Shown here in pieces: positions 23,584 through 32,619 of a stretch of DNA of 32,838 nucleotides (its first letter is position 1; each line of letters opens with the position of its first letter). The DNA comes from Planctomycetota bacterium (GTDB lineage Bacteria; Planctomycetota; PLA2; JAEUHO01), in contig JAPKHB010000002.1 in the NCBI GenBank assembly GCA_026647295.1, positions 1 through 32,838 of the forward strand. Direction: 5' to 3'. Made by a program: the position numbers and the translations under genes. Under the pieces are notes generated by a model. It was given only the letters and a program-made list of their open reading frames with translations. It was not told the DNA's origin and made no database searches.

Positions 23584-23783
23584 ACCGGAGCGCCGCGATG
23601 GGTCAGCCCGCGTCCCCTTCGACCGCCGCCGCGCCCGCCGGGGCGCACGACCTGCCGCCCGCGCCGACCGTGCGCCGGATCACGCCCGCGTGGCAGGACT
23701 TCGAGGAGGACCCGCCCGCGCCGGCGCTCCTGTGGCCGGTGTTCTGGGCCGGGGTGGCGCTCCTCGTCTGGGCGCTGATCTAG
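23580..23783 (+). CDS. small C-terminally anchored membrane protein (67 aa)
   Basis: The ATG 23580 start overlaps the upstream stop (ATGA at 23580-23583). There is a single hydrophobic helix, LLWPVFWAGVALLVWALI, at the C-terminus. Confidence 0.4.
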   Translation: MNRSAAMGQPASPSTAAAPAGAHDLPPAPTVRRITPAWQDFEEDPPAPALLWPVFWAGVALLVWALI

Positions 23784-23795
23784 CCCGCGGGCGGC

Positions 23796-26474
23796 TCACT
23801 CCAGTTCGCGCACGCAGCGGAAGCCGGTCGTCGGATGGCGCGCGCCGGCCTCGAGCGGGCGCAACCGGTAGATGGCGCCCTCGTCGGGCTCGTCGCCGAC
23901 GCCCGCGCCCTTGACCAGGAGCACGCCTTCGCCCAGTCCCCCCTCGCTGGGCAACACCCACTCGCGGGCGTTGCCCAGCAGCCCGAGCACGCCGTAGGGG
24001 GCGCGGTCGACCGCCCCCTGCCCCGCCGCCTTGAGCGGGGGCTCGAGTTCGGCCAGGAGGTCCGGGCCCGCGTGCGCTCCTCCGGGCAGGTCGTCGCCCA
24101 GCAGCGCGCCCGCGGCGAGCACCCATTCGGCTTCGGTGGGCAGGCGCACGCGGGCCCCCTCGCGCCCGGCGCGCCAGGCCGCGTAGGCCCGCGCGTCCTC
24201 GGCCCGCACCCCGACGACGGGCACCGCGTCCAGCCCCGCCTCGGGCCGCGGGGGGCCGGCGCCGTCCTCGGCGGCCCGGAACCCGGTGGGCGGCGTGCGC
24301 TCCGCGCGCTCCGCCGGGCCGAGGTCCGCCAGGAAGGCCGCGTACTCGGCGTGGCTCACCTCGGCGCGGTCGATCAGGAAGGGGACCACCTCCGTGGGGG
24401 CGGCGCTGGGCTCGGCGAAGGGGCGCTCGCGCACGCGAACCCGACCCCCCGGAACGAGCGCCATGCCCGCCGGCACCTGGGCCGCCCTGAGCGGCACGCG
24501 CACCGTGAGCAGCGGCGGCTCGCGGTCGGGGTCGCGGTCGTTGGGGCGGATCACGAGCGGGATGGCGAGCGGAAAGCGGATCGCCCCGCCGTCCACGCGG
24601 ACCTCGTAGCGGCCCGGCGCGAGCGCCACCTCGCCGGGCTCGACCTCGCGCGCCGCGGCCGGCTCGCCGTCCAGGTCGTGCAGCTCCAGCCGGCTGCCCG
24701 CGGCGACTTCGATGGCCACGCGCGGCGGGGCGAAGCGCCGGCGCACGAAGGCCAGGCGCTCCCGCACGGCGGCCACGTCCGGCGTGTCCGGTTCGTCGCG
24801 CAGCCCGGCCTCGAGGCCGTCCAGGGCCGCGGAGAGGTCGCGCCAGGCGCGCCGGGCCTCCGCCGGGCGCAGGGCGGGCGCCAGGGCCATCAGGCGCGGC
24901 AGGCGTTGGTCGAGCAGGGCCTGCAACTCGTCGACCGCGCCGGCGACGCGGGTGGAGGGAACGGGCGGCGTGTCGCCCGCCAGGGCCGCGCCGAGCGCGA
25001 GCCCGAGCACCAGCCCGGCGGCCCCCCAGACCAGGGTGGCGCGGTGGCGGCGCAGCGCGCGGCGCGCGCCCGCGACGACGGCGGCCGCGCCGCCCTGTTC
25101 GGAGAGCGCGCGCACCCGCCGGCCGCGCAGGAACGCCTGGACCTCCGTCAGGAGCTGGCGTGCGTTCACGTAGCGCTCCGCCGGCGTGGGCGCCATCGCC
25201 TTGCGCACGACCGCGGCCAGCGCCGGCGGCGCGGTGGCCGGCAGCGGCTGGTAGCGGCCCTGGCGCGCGTCCTGGAACATGTCGTCCAGGGTGCGCAGGC
25301 CCGGGTCCTTGAGGCGTGCGAGCTTCTCGTCGATCAGCTCCAGGCGTGCGCCGGCGCCCTCGCGCTCGGCCTCCGCGCGGGCCGCCGTGAGGGCCTGGAC
25401 GCGGCGGGCGAGTTCGGCGCGCGAGATGCCGGTGGCCGCGGCGATCGGCGCGTCGCCGGCCAGGACGTAGTGGAGCAGCGCCCCGAGCCCCCACACGTCG
25501 GTGCGGGCGTTCACGCCGCCTCGCGCCTGCTCGGGCGCCAGGAAGCGCGGCGTGCCCACGATGCCCGACTCCTCGGCGGCGGGCCCCGCCCCGACCGGCG
25601 CCTCCGCCCCCTTGCGCGGAAGGACGTGGCACAGGCCCCAGTCGATCACGTAGGGCCGCAGCGTGCGGCTGTCGACGAGCACGTTGTCGGGCTTGAGGTC
25701 GCGGTGCACCACCCCGCCCTCCACGTTGGCCACGTAGATGCCGTCGCACACCGGCACGAACACCTCGGCGAGCAGGCGCTCGAGCTCCTGCAGGGGCTTG
25801 AGCGATGCGTAGCGTCCGAGCGTCCCGTCCTCCCGCCGGCGCACGATCTCCGTGAGCGTGAGCGGGCGGTGCAGGAGTTCCATGGTGAAGTAGGGCCGTC
25901 CGTCGGGCAACTCCCCGCGGTCGAAGACCGGCATCACGTTGGGATGGCGCAGGTTGGCCTGCACCTCGATCTCGCGCAGGAAGCGCCGGCGCCCGGTCTC
26001 GGTCTGGCTCGGGCCGAGCACCTTGAGCGCGACGGTGCGGTTCGTGGTCGGGTCGAACGCGCGGTAGACCCGGCTCGTCGCCCCGGCGCCGACGGCCTCC
26101 TCGATGGCGTAGCGCCCGACCAGCGCGCCGGCCGTGAGGTCCTCCGCCTCGGCCGGCGCCGTCGCGGCTGCGACTTCGGCCGGCGGGGCCGGGGGCTGGG
26201 CCACCGCCGCAGCGGTCGGCCCGGCGGCCGCCTCCGCCGCGCGCTCGCAGCCCAGCGTCCCGTCCGCGGCGAGGCTCACGAGCAGGTCGAGCCCGCAGCC
26301 CGCGCACCGGGTGCGCAGGACGGCTCCGGGACCGCTGGGGAGGGAGTCCCGCCGGGCCCGGTGCTTCTGCCCGCAGGCCGGGCAGAAGAAGGGCGGGGGC
26401 TTGCGGCCCTCGGCCGCCTCGGCGGCCTCGGCGCCGCGCGCCGGCTCCTCGGGTGTCCTGGCGTCCGGACTCAT
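23796..26474 (-). CDS. Ser/Thr protein kinase with N-terminal zinc ribbon, one TM helix and a C-terminal FGE/SUMF1-like domain
   Basis: GGGAG SD precedes ATG 26474. The zinc-ribbon cysteines are CPACG...CAGCG. Hanks kinase motifs are VALKVL, HRDLKPDNVLV, DWG and GTPRFLAPE. The TM helix is LVWGAAGLVLGLALGAALAG. The C-terminus (FLIDRAEVSHAEYAAFL, RLPTEAEWVLAAG, GNAREWV, GFRCVRE) is typical of formylglycine-generating-enzyme-like domains. Confidence 0.9.
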   Translation of the reverse strand: MSPDARTPEEPARGAEAAEAAEGRKPPPFFCPACGQKHRARRDSLPSGPGAVLRTRCAGCGLDLLVSLAADGTLGCERAAEAAAGPTAAAVAQPPAPPAEVAAATAPAEAEDLTAGALVGRYAIEEAVGAGATSRVYRAFDPTTNRTVALKVLGPSQTETGRRRFLREIEVQANLRHPNVMPVFDRGELPDGRPYFTMELLHRPLTLTEIVRRREDGTLGRYASLKPLQELERLLAEVFVPVCDGIYVANVEGGVVHRDLKPDNVLVDSRTLRPYVIDWGLCHVLPRKGAEAPVGAGPAAEESGIVGTPRFLAPEQARGGVNARTDVWGLGALLHYVLAGDAPIAAATGISRAELARRVQALTAARAEAEREGAGARLELIDEKLARLKDPGLRTLDDMFQDARQGRYQPLPATAPPALAAVVRKAMAPTPAERYVNARQLLTEVQAFLRGRRVRALSEQGGAAAVVAGARRALRRHRATLVWGAAGLVLGLALGAALAGDTPPVPSTRVAGAVDELQALLDQRLPRLMALAPALRPAEARRAWRDLSAALDGLEAGLRDEPDTPDVAAVRERLAFVRRRFAPPRVAIEVAAGSRLELHDLDGEPAAAREVEPGEVALAPGRYEVRVDGGAIRFPLAIPLVIRPNDRDPDREPPLLTVRVPLRAAQVPAGMALVPGGRVRVRERPFAEPSAAPTEVVPFLIDRAEVSHAEYAAFLADLGPAERAERTPPTGFRAAEDGAGPPRPEAGLDAVPVVGVRAEDARAYAAWRAGREGARVRLPTEAEWVLAAGALLGDDLPGGAHAGPDLLAELEPPLKAAGQGAVDRAPYGVLGLLGNAREWVLPSEGGLGEGVLLVKGAGVGDEPDEGAIYRLRPLEAGARHPTTGFRCVRELE

Positions 26475-26561
26475 GCGGGCTCCCTGGCCGGGGGGCCATC
26501 CTACCCGCCGCGCGTCCGCCCGGACCTCCCGCGGGCCGGGGCCGGCCCCGGCACGCCTGGG

Positions 26562-29500
26562 CTACGCCAGGGCCGCGCCGTCGGCCGGCCACCACAGGCG
26601 GAAGGTGGCCCCCTCGCCGGGGCGGCTGTGCACCTCGATGCGGCCGCCCATGTCGTCCAGGATGCCGCGCACGATCGCCAGGCCGAGGCCGGTGCCCGCG
26701 GTCTTGGTGCTGAAGTGCGGCTCGAAGAGCCGCGGCAGGTCCGCGGGCGCGATGCCCGGCCCCGTGTCCGAGACGTCGATGCGCACCCCGGCGGCGGGGC
26801 CGCGCGCCTCGGCCCGGGCGCGGATCTCGACGCGCCCGCCCGGGCCCACGGCCTCCAGCGCGTTGCCCACGACGTTGAGCAGCACGCGCCGGAGTTCCTG
26901 CTCGTCCCAGCGCACGCGCGGCAGGTCGGCGGGGATCTCGCTGCGCACCTCGACGCCCTCGGCCCGGGCGCCGGAGTGCAGCACCTCCACCTCGCGCAGG
27001 AGTTGGACCACGTCCACCGCCACCAGGTCGCGCTGCGGCAGCCGGGCGAAGTTGGCGAAGTCCCCGGCGATGCGGTCCAGGCCCTGGATCTGCTTGAGGA
27101 TCACCTGCGCGGTGCGCCGGATGGCCTCGCGCGCGGTGGACGGGTCCCGCGCCACGTCGGCCTCGAGCTGCTGCACCATCAGGCGCATGGGCGTGAGCGG
27201 GTTCTTGATCTCGTGGGCCACCTGGCGCGCCATGCGCCGCCAGGCCCCCTCGCGTTCGGCCCGGGCGGCGCGCTCGGTGGCCGCGCGCAGGTCCCGCGTC
27301 ATCGCGTTGAAGGCCCGCACCAACTGGCCCAGTTCGTCGGAGCCCTCGCCGGGCAGTTCGAGGTCCAGTTCGCCCGCGGCCACGCGCCGGGTGCCGGCGG
27401 CGAGTTCGTCCAGGGGATGGGCGAGGTTGCGCGCCGCGACGATGCCGCCCACCAGCACGAGGACCAGGGTGAGGAGGTAGGCGGCCAGGAGGACGCTGCC
27501 CGTGAGCACGACCTCCTCCTCGACCCGGTCCCGGTCGTACAGCAGCGGGACGCCCACCGTGGCCCGCGCCAGGCCCGTGCCCGGGTCCAGGACGGGCGCG
27601 TAGCCGAACCAGACCGGCCGGCCCGCGTAGACCGCCTCCTGGCGGACCACCTCCCGGCGCTCCAGCACGCTGGCGCGGTACACGTTGGCCGGCAGGCGGC
27701 GGGCGAGCAACTCGGCCTGGACGAGGCCCGGGCGGCTGGCCGCGGCCAACTCGCCCTGGCGGTACAGCAGCACCTCGTGGCCGCGCTGCGGGGCCCACTC
27801 CTCGAGCCGGTTGGAGGTGGCGTCGTCGAACACGCTCGCGCCCATGCGTTCGAGCTCGCTGCGCACGCGCGCCACGTCGGTCTGGAGGCGCTCGCTCAAC
27901 TGGCGCTCGTGGCGCGCCTGCGACTCGCGGGCGCTCGCCCAGCCCAGCAGGAGCAGCGGGATCACCGAGATCAGGAAGTACGAGAGCAGGATCTTGTGGT
28001 GCAGCCGGAGGCGCAGGCGGGGCAGCGCCCCCAGGAGGCACAGCAGCGCGACGCTCACGCCCAGGCCCACGCCCACCAGGATGAGCCGCGCCAACGCGAG
28101 CATCGCGTCGGCCAGGTCGGCCGGGGCGAGGCGCACGGCGAGCGCCACCCCGCGCTCGGCGTCGTAGCGCGCGTAGCCCCGCGAGTCGGCCTCGTCCCAG
28201 CGCAGTTCGGGCCGGGCCGGCCCGAGGCCGCCGAGCGCCGCGGGGCCGAAGGCCCCGGGGTCGCGCGCCACGGCGGGGTCGCTGCTGGCCACCACCACGC
28301 CGTGGGCGAGCGCCGCGTACTGCAGGCGCGGGCTGCGGGCGAGCGCGGGCGCGCCGGCCGGCCGCAGCGAACGCACGAGCCCCACGAGGCCGCGCAGCTC
28401 GAGTTCGAGCAGGTCCGGCACCGTGTACACGACGTGGCCGAGCGTCTCGCCGCCCGCGCCCCGCACGCGCAGGCGCCCGACCACGGAGCGCACCCGCTCG
28501 CCGTCTGCGCGGGCGGTCAGCACCTGGGCGTCCTCCGGGCCCAGCGGCGGCTGCGCCGGCGCGAGCCAGGCCGTGGGGACCGGCGCGAGCGAGAAGTGCT
28601 CGATGAGGCGGCCGCGCGCGTCGAGCAGGTGTACGACCAGCGGCTGGCCGCTCACGAAGGCCCCGGCGCGCCGCCAGGCGAAGAAGGCGAGGCCCTCGGG
28701 GTGCACGCCCTCGGCCGCCGCCCGCAGCGCGGCGCCGAGCGTCGGGTCGCCGCGCGCGTCGTCCAGCGCCGCGCGCACGCCGGCCTGGGCGAGGTCCTCC
28801 TGCGCGAGGCGGTGCTCGAGCACGGCCTCGAGGCCCTCGGTGTCGCGCGCCCCGACCCGGGTCCACAGCACCGGGCCCGTGAGCAGCGAGGCCAGCACGC
28901 TCAAGATCACGATCCGCCCCGGCAGGCCCAGGAACGGGGTGGCGCCCGGCGCGGGCACGGGTACGAGGGCCGCGAGCAGCGGCACCAGGGCCGCGAGCGG
29001 GTGGCAGTTGCCCAGCGCCTGGGCCAGGAAGAAGGCGCCGGCCCCGCCCAGGAGACCGCGCAGGAGGCGCCGCGAAAGGCCGGGGGCCCGGGCCCCCAAC
29101 GACAGGCCCAGGCCGCACAGCAGCCAGGTGGCGGCCGCGGCCGCGACCAGGCCGCACAGGAGCAGCGCCTGGGGGGCCGCCGGGACGAAGGCCGTGGCGG
29201 CGAAGAAGGGGGTTTCGCCCCCGGTGACCGCCGCGTCGACCAGGGCGAGCCAGCCGGCGACGGCCAGCGCGGCGAGCAGCACGCCGGCCGCGGCCCGGGC
29301 CGCGCCCCCGCGCCCCGCGGGGGCGGGGCCGCCGCGCGCGAGCCAGGCGACGACGGCGAGCCAGGTGAGCGCCGTGAGGGCGAAGTCCGCCGGCGAGGCC
29401 AGCCAGCCCAGCGGCGTCGCGACCGCGAACTCCGCCGGCGAGAAGGCCGCCTCGAGCCCGGGCAGGAGGCGCCCGAGCCCCACCCAGCCCAGGCCCGCCC

Positions 29501-30380
29501 GCGTGAGGAGGATGAGGCCCACGCCCCCGGCGCGCGCATGGCGCCGGCCCTTGAGCCAACGGGCGGCGCCGGCCACGAGCGCCGCCAGGACCGCAAGGAG
29601 CGTCCAGCCCACGTGGCGCTGGCGGCGCTCGATCAACTCGTCGCGCACGGCGTCCGGCCCGCGCGCGCGCACGGCGACCGCCAGCCAGGGGGTTCCGTCC
29701 GGGCCCGTGAGTTCGCGGCGCGCCTCGGCGTCCTGCGGGGGCAAGGGCTCCGGGGCGGCGGGCGGGCGCAGGGTCACCCGCTGCAACTCAAGCGGCGTGA
29801 GCCAGCGCTCGGCGAAGGGTTCGCCGACCCGCTCCTCGGGCGCCTTCTCCTCGAGGATCACCGTGGCCGTGCCCAGCCCGCCGCGCACCGGCACGGGCCC
29901 CAGGGTGAGCGCCTTGAGGAAGGGGCCGTGGTGGTAGGCCAGCGGGCCGCGGCGGAAGGAGCCCTCCCAGGGCGGCGGCGGGGGCTGGGCGAGCGGCTCG
30001 ATGGGCCGGCCCGCCCAGACGTCCTCCCCGCCCGGTCCCTCCCACAGCACCCCGTCCACCCGTTGGCGGCACCGGAGCGCCTCCAGCGCGTCGAAGGGCG
30101 AAGCGCCCGCCTGGTCGGCGCGTTCGAGCGCGTCGCCCAACCCGGCCAGCGTCGCGTCAAGGCGGTCCAGCGCGCGGGCGAGGTCCTGCTCCACGCGGTC
30201 GGCGCCGTGCGCGAGCAACTCCGCCCGGCGCGCGAGGACCTCCTCGGGGGCGGGTGCGCAGCCGGTCAGGAGGGCCGGCAGCGCCCACAGCGCCGGCAGG
30301 GCGATCGCGACCGCTGCGCCGCGGCTACGGACGGTCCTTCTCCAGGAGCGAGGCGAGCCCATGGCGGTTGCGGTCGGCAT
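26562..30380 (-). CDS. large multi-domain sensor histidine kinase (NtrY-like H-box) with HAMP, HisKA and HATPase domains
   Basis: The HAMP region is AHPLDELAAGTRRVAAGELD...LVRAFNAMTRDL. The H-box is VAHEIKNPLTPM, the N-box LLNVVGNALEAV, G1 DTGPGI and G2 GTGLGLAIV. There are many hydrophobic segments and three long hydrophilic, presumably extracytoplasmic, regions. An alternative start is ATG 30362. Either start overlaps the upstream gene. Confidence 0.9.
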   Translation of the reverse strand: MPTATAMGSPRSWRRTVRSRGAAVAIALPALWALPALLTGCAPAPEEVLARRAELLAHGADRVEQDLARALDRLDATLAGLGDALERADQAGASPFDALEALRCRQRVDGVLWEGPGGEDVWAGRPIEPLAQPPPPPWEGSFRRGPLAYHHGPFLKALTLGPVPVRGGLGTATVILEEKAPEERVGEPFAERWLTPLELQRVTLRPPAAPEPLPPQDAEARRELTGPDGTPWLAVAVRARGPDAVRDELIERRQRHVGWTLLAVLAALVAGAARWLKGRRHARAGGVGLILLTRAGLGWVGLGRLLPGLEAAFSPAEFAVATPLGWLASPADFALTALTWLAVVAWLARGGPAPAGRGGAARAAAGVLLAALAVAGWLALVDAAVTGGETPFFAATAFVPAAPQALLLCGLVAAAAATWLLCGLGLSLGARAPGLSRRLLRGLLGGAGAFFLAQALGNCHPLAALVPLLAALVPVPAPGATPFLGLPGRIVILSVLASLLTGPVLWTRVGARDTEGLEAVLEHRLAQEDLAQAGVRAALDDARGDPTLGAALRAAAEGVHPEGLAFFAWRRAGAFVSGQPLVVHLLDARGRLIEHFSLAPVPTAWLAPAQPPLGPEDAQVLTARADGERVRSVVGRLRVRGAGGETLGHVVYTVPDLLELELRGLVGLVRSLRPAGAPALARSPRLQYAALAHGVVVASSDPAVARDPGAFGPAALGGLGPARPELRWDEADSRGYARYDAERGVALAVRLAPADLADAMLALARLILVGVGLGVSVALLCLLGALPRLRLRLHHKILLSYFLISVIPLLLLGWASARESQARHERQLSERLQTDVARVRSELERMGASVFDDATSNRLEEWAPQRGHEVLLYRQGELAAASRPGLVQAELLARRLPANVYRASVLERREVVRQEAVYAGRPVWFGYAPVLDPGTGLARATVGVPLLYDRDRVEEEVVLTGSVLLAAYLLTLVLVLVGGIVAARNLAHPLDELAAGTRRVAAGELDLELPGEGSDELGQLVRAFNAMTRDLRAATERAARAEREGAWRRMARQVAHEIKNPLTPMRLMVQQLEADVARDPSTAREAIRRTAQVILKQIQGLDRIAGDFANFARLPQRDLVAVDVVQLLREVEVLHSGARAEGVEVRSEIPADLPRVRWDEQELRRVLLNVVGNALEAVGPGGRVEIRARAEARGPAAGVRIDVSDTGPGIAPADLPRLFEPHFSTKTAGTGLGLAIVRGILDDMGGRIEVHSRPGEGATFRLWWPADGAALA

Positions 30381-30894
30381 CGTACGAGAGCGCGACGCGC
30401 AGCAGCGTGGTCGTTTCGTCCTGCTTGTGCGCCCGGTAGGAGAACTCGTAGAGCCGCACCTCCGCCGGCGAGTCCCGCGGGGTCACGTCGCGCAGCGCGG
30501 GCCCCTTGCGCAGCCCGGAGAAGTAGGTGCCCAGGGCCCGCAGCGCCTGGGCGGGCTTCATGCGCGTCCAGCGGGCATGGAACGGCGGCCCGAAGAGGCG
30601 CACGCCCACCTCGCCGTCGGCCGCCATGCAGGCCACGACCCGGGCGGCGGAGGCCGCGCGCCAGGCCTCCTCGAAGGCCCGGAAGCACACGGCCGGATCC
30701 GGGGGCGGCGGGCGCGGAGGTTCCGCGGCCCCGGCCCCCCGGCCGGGCCCTGCCAGGGCCAGGAGGGCAAGGGCGAGGGCCGCCAGCCCCCCCGGCCGGA
30801 CGGCCGGATCGTGGCGCCCCGCCCCGGGGCCGGCGCCAGGGGCGGGCCGGCGGGAGGCGGGACGGGCCGCGGGCATCGGCGGGCCGGCCCGCAA
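30325..30894 (-). CDS. small secreted or periplasmic protein of unknown function between the response regulator and the kinase
   Basis: The signal-like segment is GGLAALALALLALAGPG. The mature part is protein-like (AVCFRAFEEAWRAAS...VRLYEFSYRAHKQDETTTLLRVALSYD). An NTF2/SnoaL-like fold is only a guess. The start is ambiguous (30894 or 30876). Confidence 0.55.
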   Translation of the reverse strand: MRAGPPMPAARPASRRPAPGAGPGAGRHDPAVRPGGLAALALALLALAGPGRGAGAAEPPRPPPPDPAVCFRAFEEAWRAASAARVVACMAADGEVGVRLFGPPFHARWTRMKPAQALRALGTYFSGLRKGPALRDVTPRDSPAEVRLYEFSYRAHKQDETTTLLRVALSYDADRNRHGLASLLEKDRP

Positions 30895-30985
30895 ACGCAG
30901 GACCCAACCCGCGGGGCCACCCCCCGCCCGGCCCCGGCCCCCCCGGGGCGCGCGCCGGTGTCCCCCCGGGGGGACGCCGGCGTCC

Positions 30986-32338
30986 TCACTTCAGGCCGTA
31001 GCGCTCCATCTTCTTGTAGAGGTTGGAGCGCTGCATCCCCAGGGCCTCGGCCGTCCGTTTCACGTTCCAGTCGTGTTCCTGGAGGCGCTGCTGGAGGAAG
31101 AGGCGCTCGGAGAGTTCCTTGAACTCCTCGAAGCTGCGGGCCGAACGGAACACGTCCGGGGCCGCGGCGGCGGCCTGGGGGCCGGTGAGGCCCTCCAGGT
31201 CCTTCACCTCGATGCGGGGGCCGTCCAGGAGGATCGCACACCGCTCCATCAGGTTGCGCAGCTGGCGCACGTTGCCCGGCCAGGGCTGGCGCTCGAGCCA
31301 GGCGCGGGCCGGCTCGGCGAGTTCGAGCGGGGGGCGGCCCAGGCGCCCGGCGCTCTGGGCGAGGAAGGTCGCCGCGAGCAGGGCCACGTCCCCGGGCCGC
31401 TCGCGCAGCGGCGGCACCTGGATCGGGACGACGTTGAGCCGGTAGTAGAGGTCCTCCCGGAAGCGCCCCTCCTCGCACTCCTTGCGCAGGTCCTTGTTGG
31501 TGGCCGCGATCAGCCGCACGTCCACCGGGATCGACTGGTTCCCGCCGACGCGTTGCACGCGCTGCTCCTCGATCACGCGCAGCACCTTGGCCTGGGCCCC
31601 GAGCGACATGTCGCCCACCTCGTCGAGGAACAGGGTCCCGCCGTCGGCCTGCTCGAAGCGGCCGCGGCGCAGTTCGGTGGCGCCGGTGAACGAGCCCTTC
31701 TCGTGCCCGAACAGCTCGCTCTCGAGCAGTTCGGAGGGGATCGCGGCGCAGTTGACGTCGACGAACGGCTTGCCGGAGCGGTCGCCCAGGTCGTGGATGA
31801 GGCGCGCGACCAGCTCCTTGCCGGCCCCGTTCTCGCCCATGATCAGCACGCGGGCCGTCGTGGGCGCCACGCGCTGGATCAGCGCGCGCAGCCCCTCCAG
31901 GGGCGGCGACGAGCCCAGCATCTCGCGCGAGGTGCTGGACAGGCGCTCGCGCAGGGCCTGGTTCTCGCCCTTGAGCCGGCGCAGGTGCTGGACGTTGCGC
32001 ACCGTGAGCAGGACGCGGTCGCGGTCCAGCGGCTTCTCGATGAAGTCCTGGGCGCCCTTGCGGGTGGCCTCCAGCGCCGTCTCGATCGTGCCGTGGCCCG
32101 AGATCATCACCACCGAGAGGTCCGGCCGCAGCCGGTGCATCTCCTCCAGGATCTCCATGCCGTCGCGCCCGGGCATCTTGATGTCCAGGAAGGCGAGTTC
32201 GAGGCCCGGGTCCGCGGCGAGCGCCGCGAGCCCGGCCTCGCCGTCGCGGGCGACCCGGACCTCGTGGTGCTCGAAGCGCAGGACCAGTTCCAGGCTGTCC
32301 CGGATCGCCTCGTCGTCGTCGATGATCAGGATCTTCAC
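30986..32338 (-). CDS. sigma54-dependent response regulator (NtrC/AtoC family enhancer-binding protein)
   Basis: The start is GTG 32338. The receiver domain shows KILIIDDDEAIRDSL and FLDIKMPGRDGMEIL. The AAA+ domain has Walker A GENGAGKELVAR, the sigma54-contact loop ESELFGHEKGSFTGA and Walker B LFLDEVGDM. The C-terminal Fis-type HTH is NVKRTAEALGMQRSNLYKKMERYGL. Confidence 0.95.
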   Translation of the reverse strand: MKILIIDDDEAIRDSLELVLRFEHHEVRVARDGEAGLAALAADPGLELAFLDIKMPGRDGMEILEEMHRLRPDLSVVMISGHGTIETALEATRKGAQDFIEKPLDRDRVLLTVRNVQHLRRLKGENQALRERLSSTSREMLGSSPPLEGLRALIQRVAPTTARVLIMGENGAGKELVARLIHDLGDRSGKPFVDVNCAAIPSELLESELFGHEKGSFTGATELRRGRFEQADGGTLFLDEVGDMSLGAQAKVLRVIEEQRVQRVGGNQSIPVDVRLIAATNKDLRKECEEGRFREDLYYRLNVVPIQVPPLRERPGDVALLAATFLAQSAGRLGRPPLELAEPARAWLERQPWPGNVRQLRNLMERCAILLDGPRIEVKDLEGLTGPQAAAAAPDVFRSARSFEEFKELSERLFLQQRLQEHDWNVKRTAEALGMQRSNLYKKMERYGLK

Positions 32339-32619
32339 GGGGGCGGGCGCCTTCGGGCCGCGGCGCGGCCGGGCGGCCAGGCGGGCGGGGAGGGGGAGGG
32401 AGCAGGGAGGGGGGGCGCGCGGCCCGGCCGGGGGCCGGGCGAGGCCCGGGCCGCCCCGGGGGCCGCCCCGGCCTGGTGGGCCGCCCCGCCCCGGGGGCGG
32501 GGCGGCACGGTTGCCGGGTTGGGCGCCCGGAGGATACTACCCGTCGGGCGCTGCGCCCGGGTCGGCTCCGGGCGGCCGGCGGCTAACCGCGCCCCCGCCG
32601 CGCCGTTCCCAAGGAGTGC

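Noticed and set aside
23680-31001. Giant track ORFs 23835..31001 (+, 2388 aa) and 23680..29559 (-, 1959 aa) that would be the largest genes in the window
   Set aside because: Their translations are monotonous R/G/P/A strings with no motifs. They lie antisense or out of frame to the kinase genes, which carry unmistakable Hanks, HisKA and HATPase motifs. They are typical stop-codon-poor artefacts of a >70% GC sequence.
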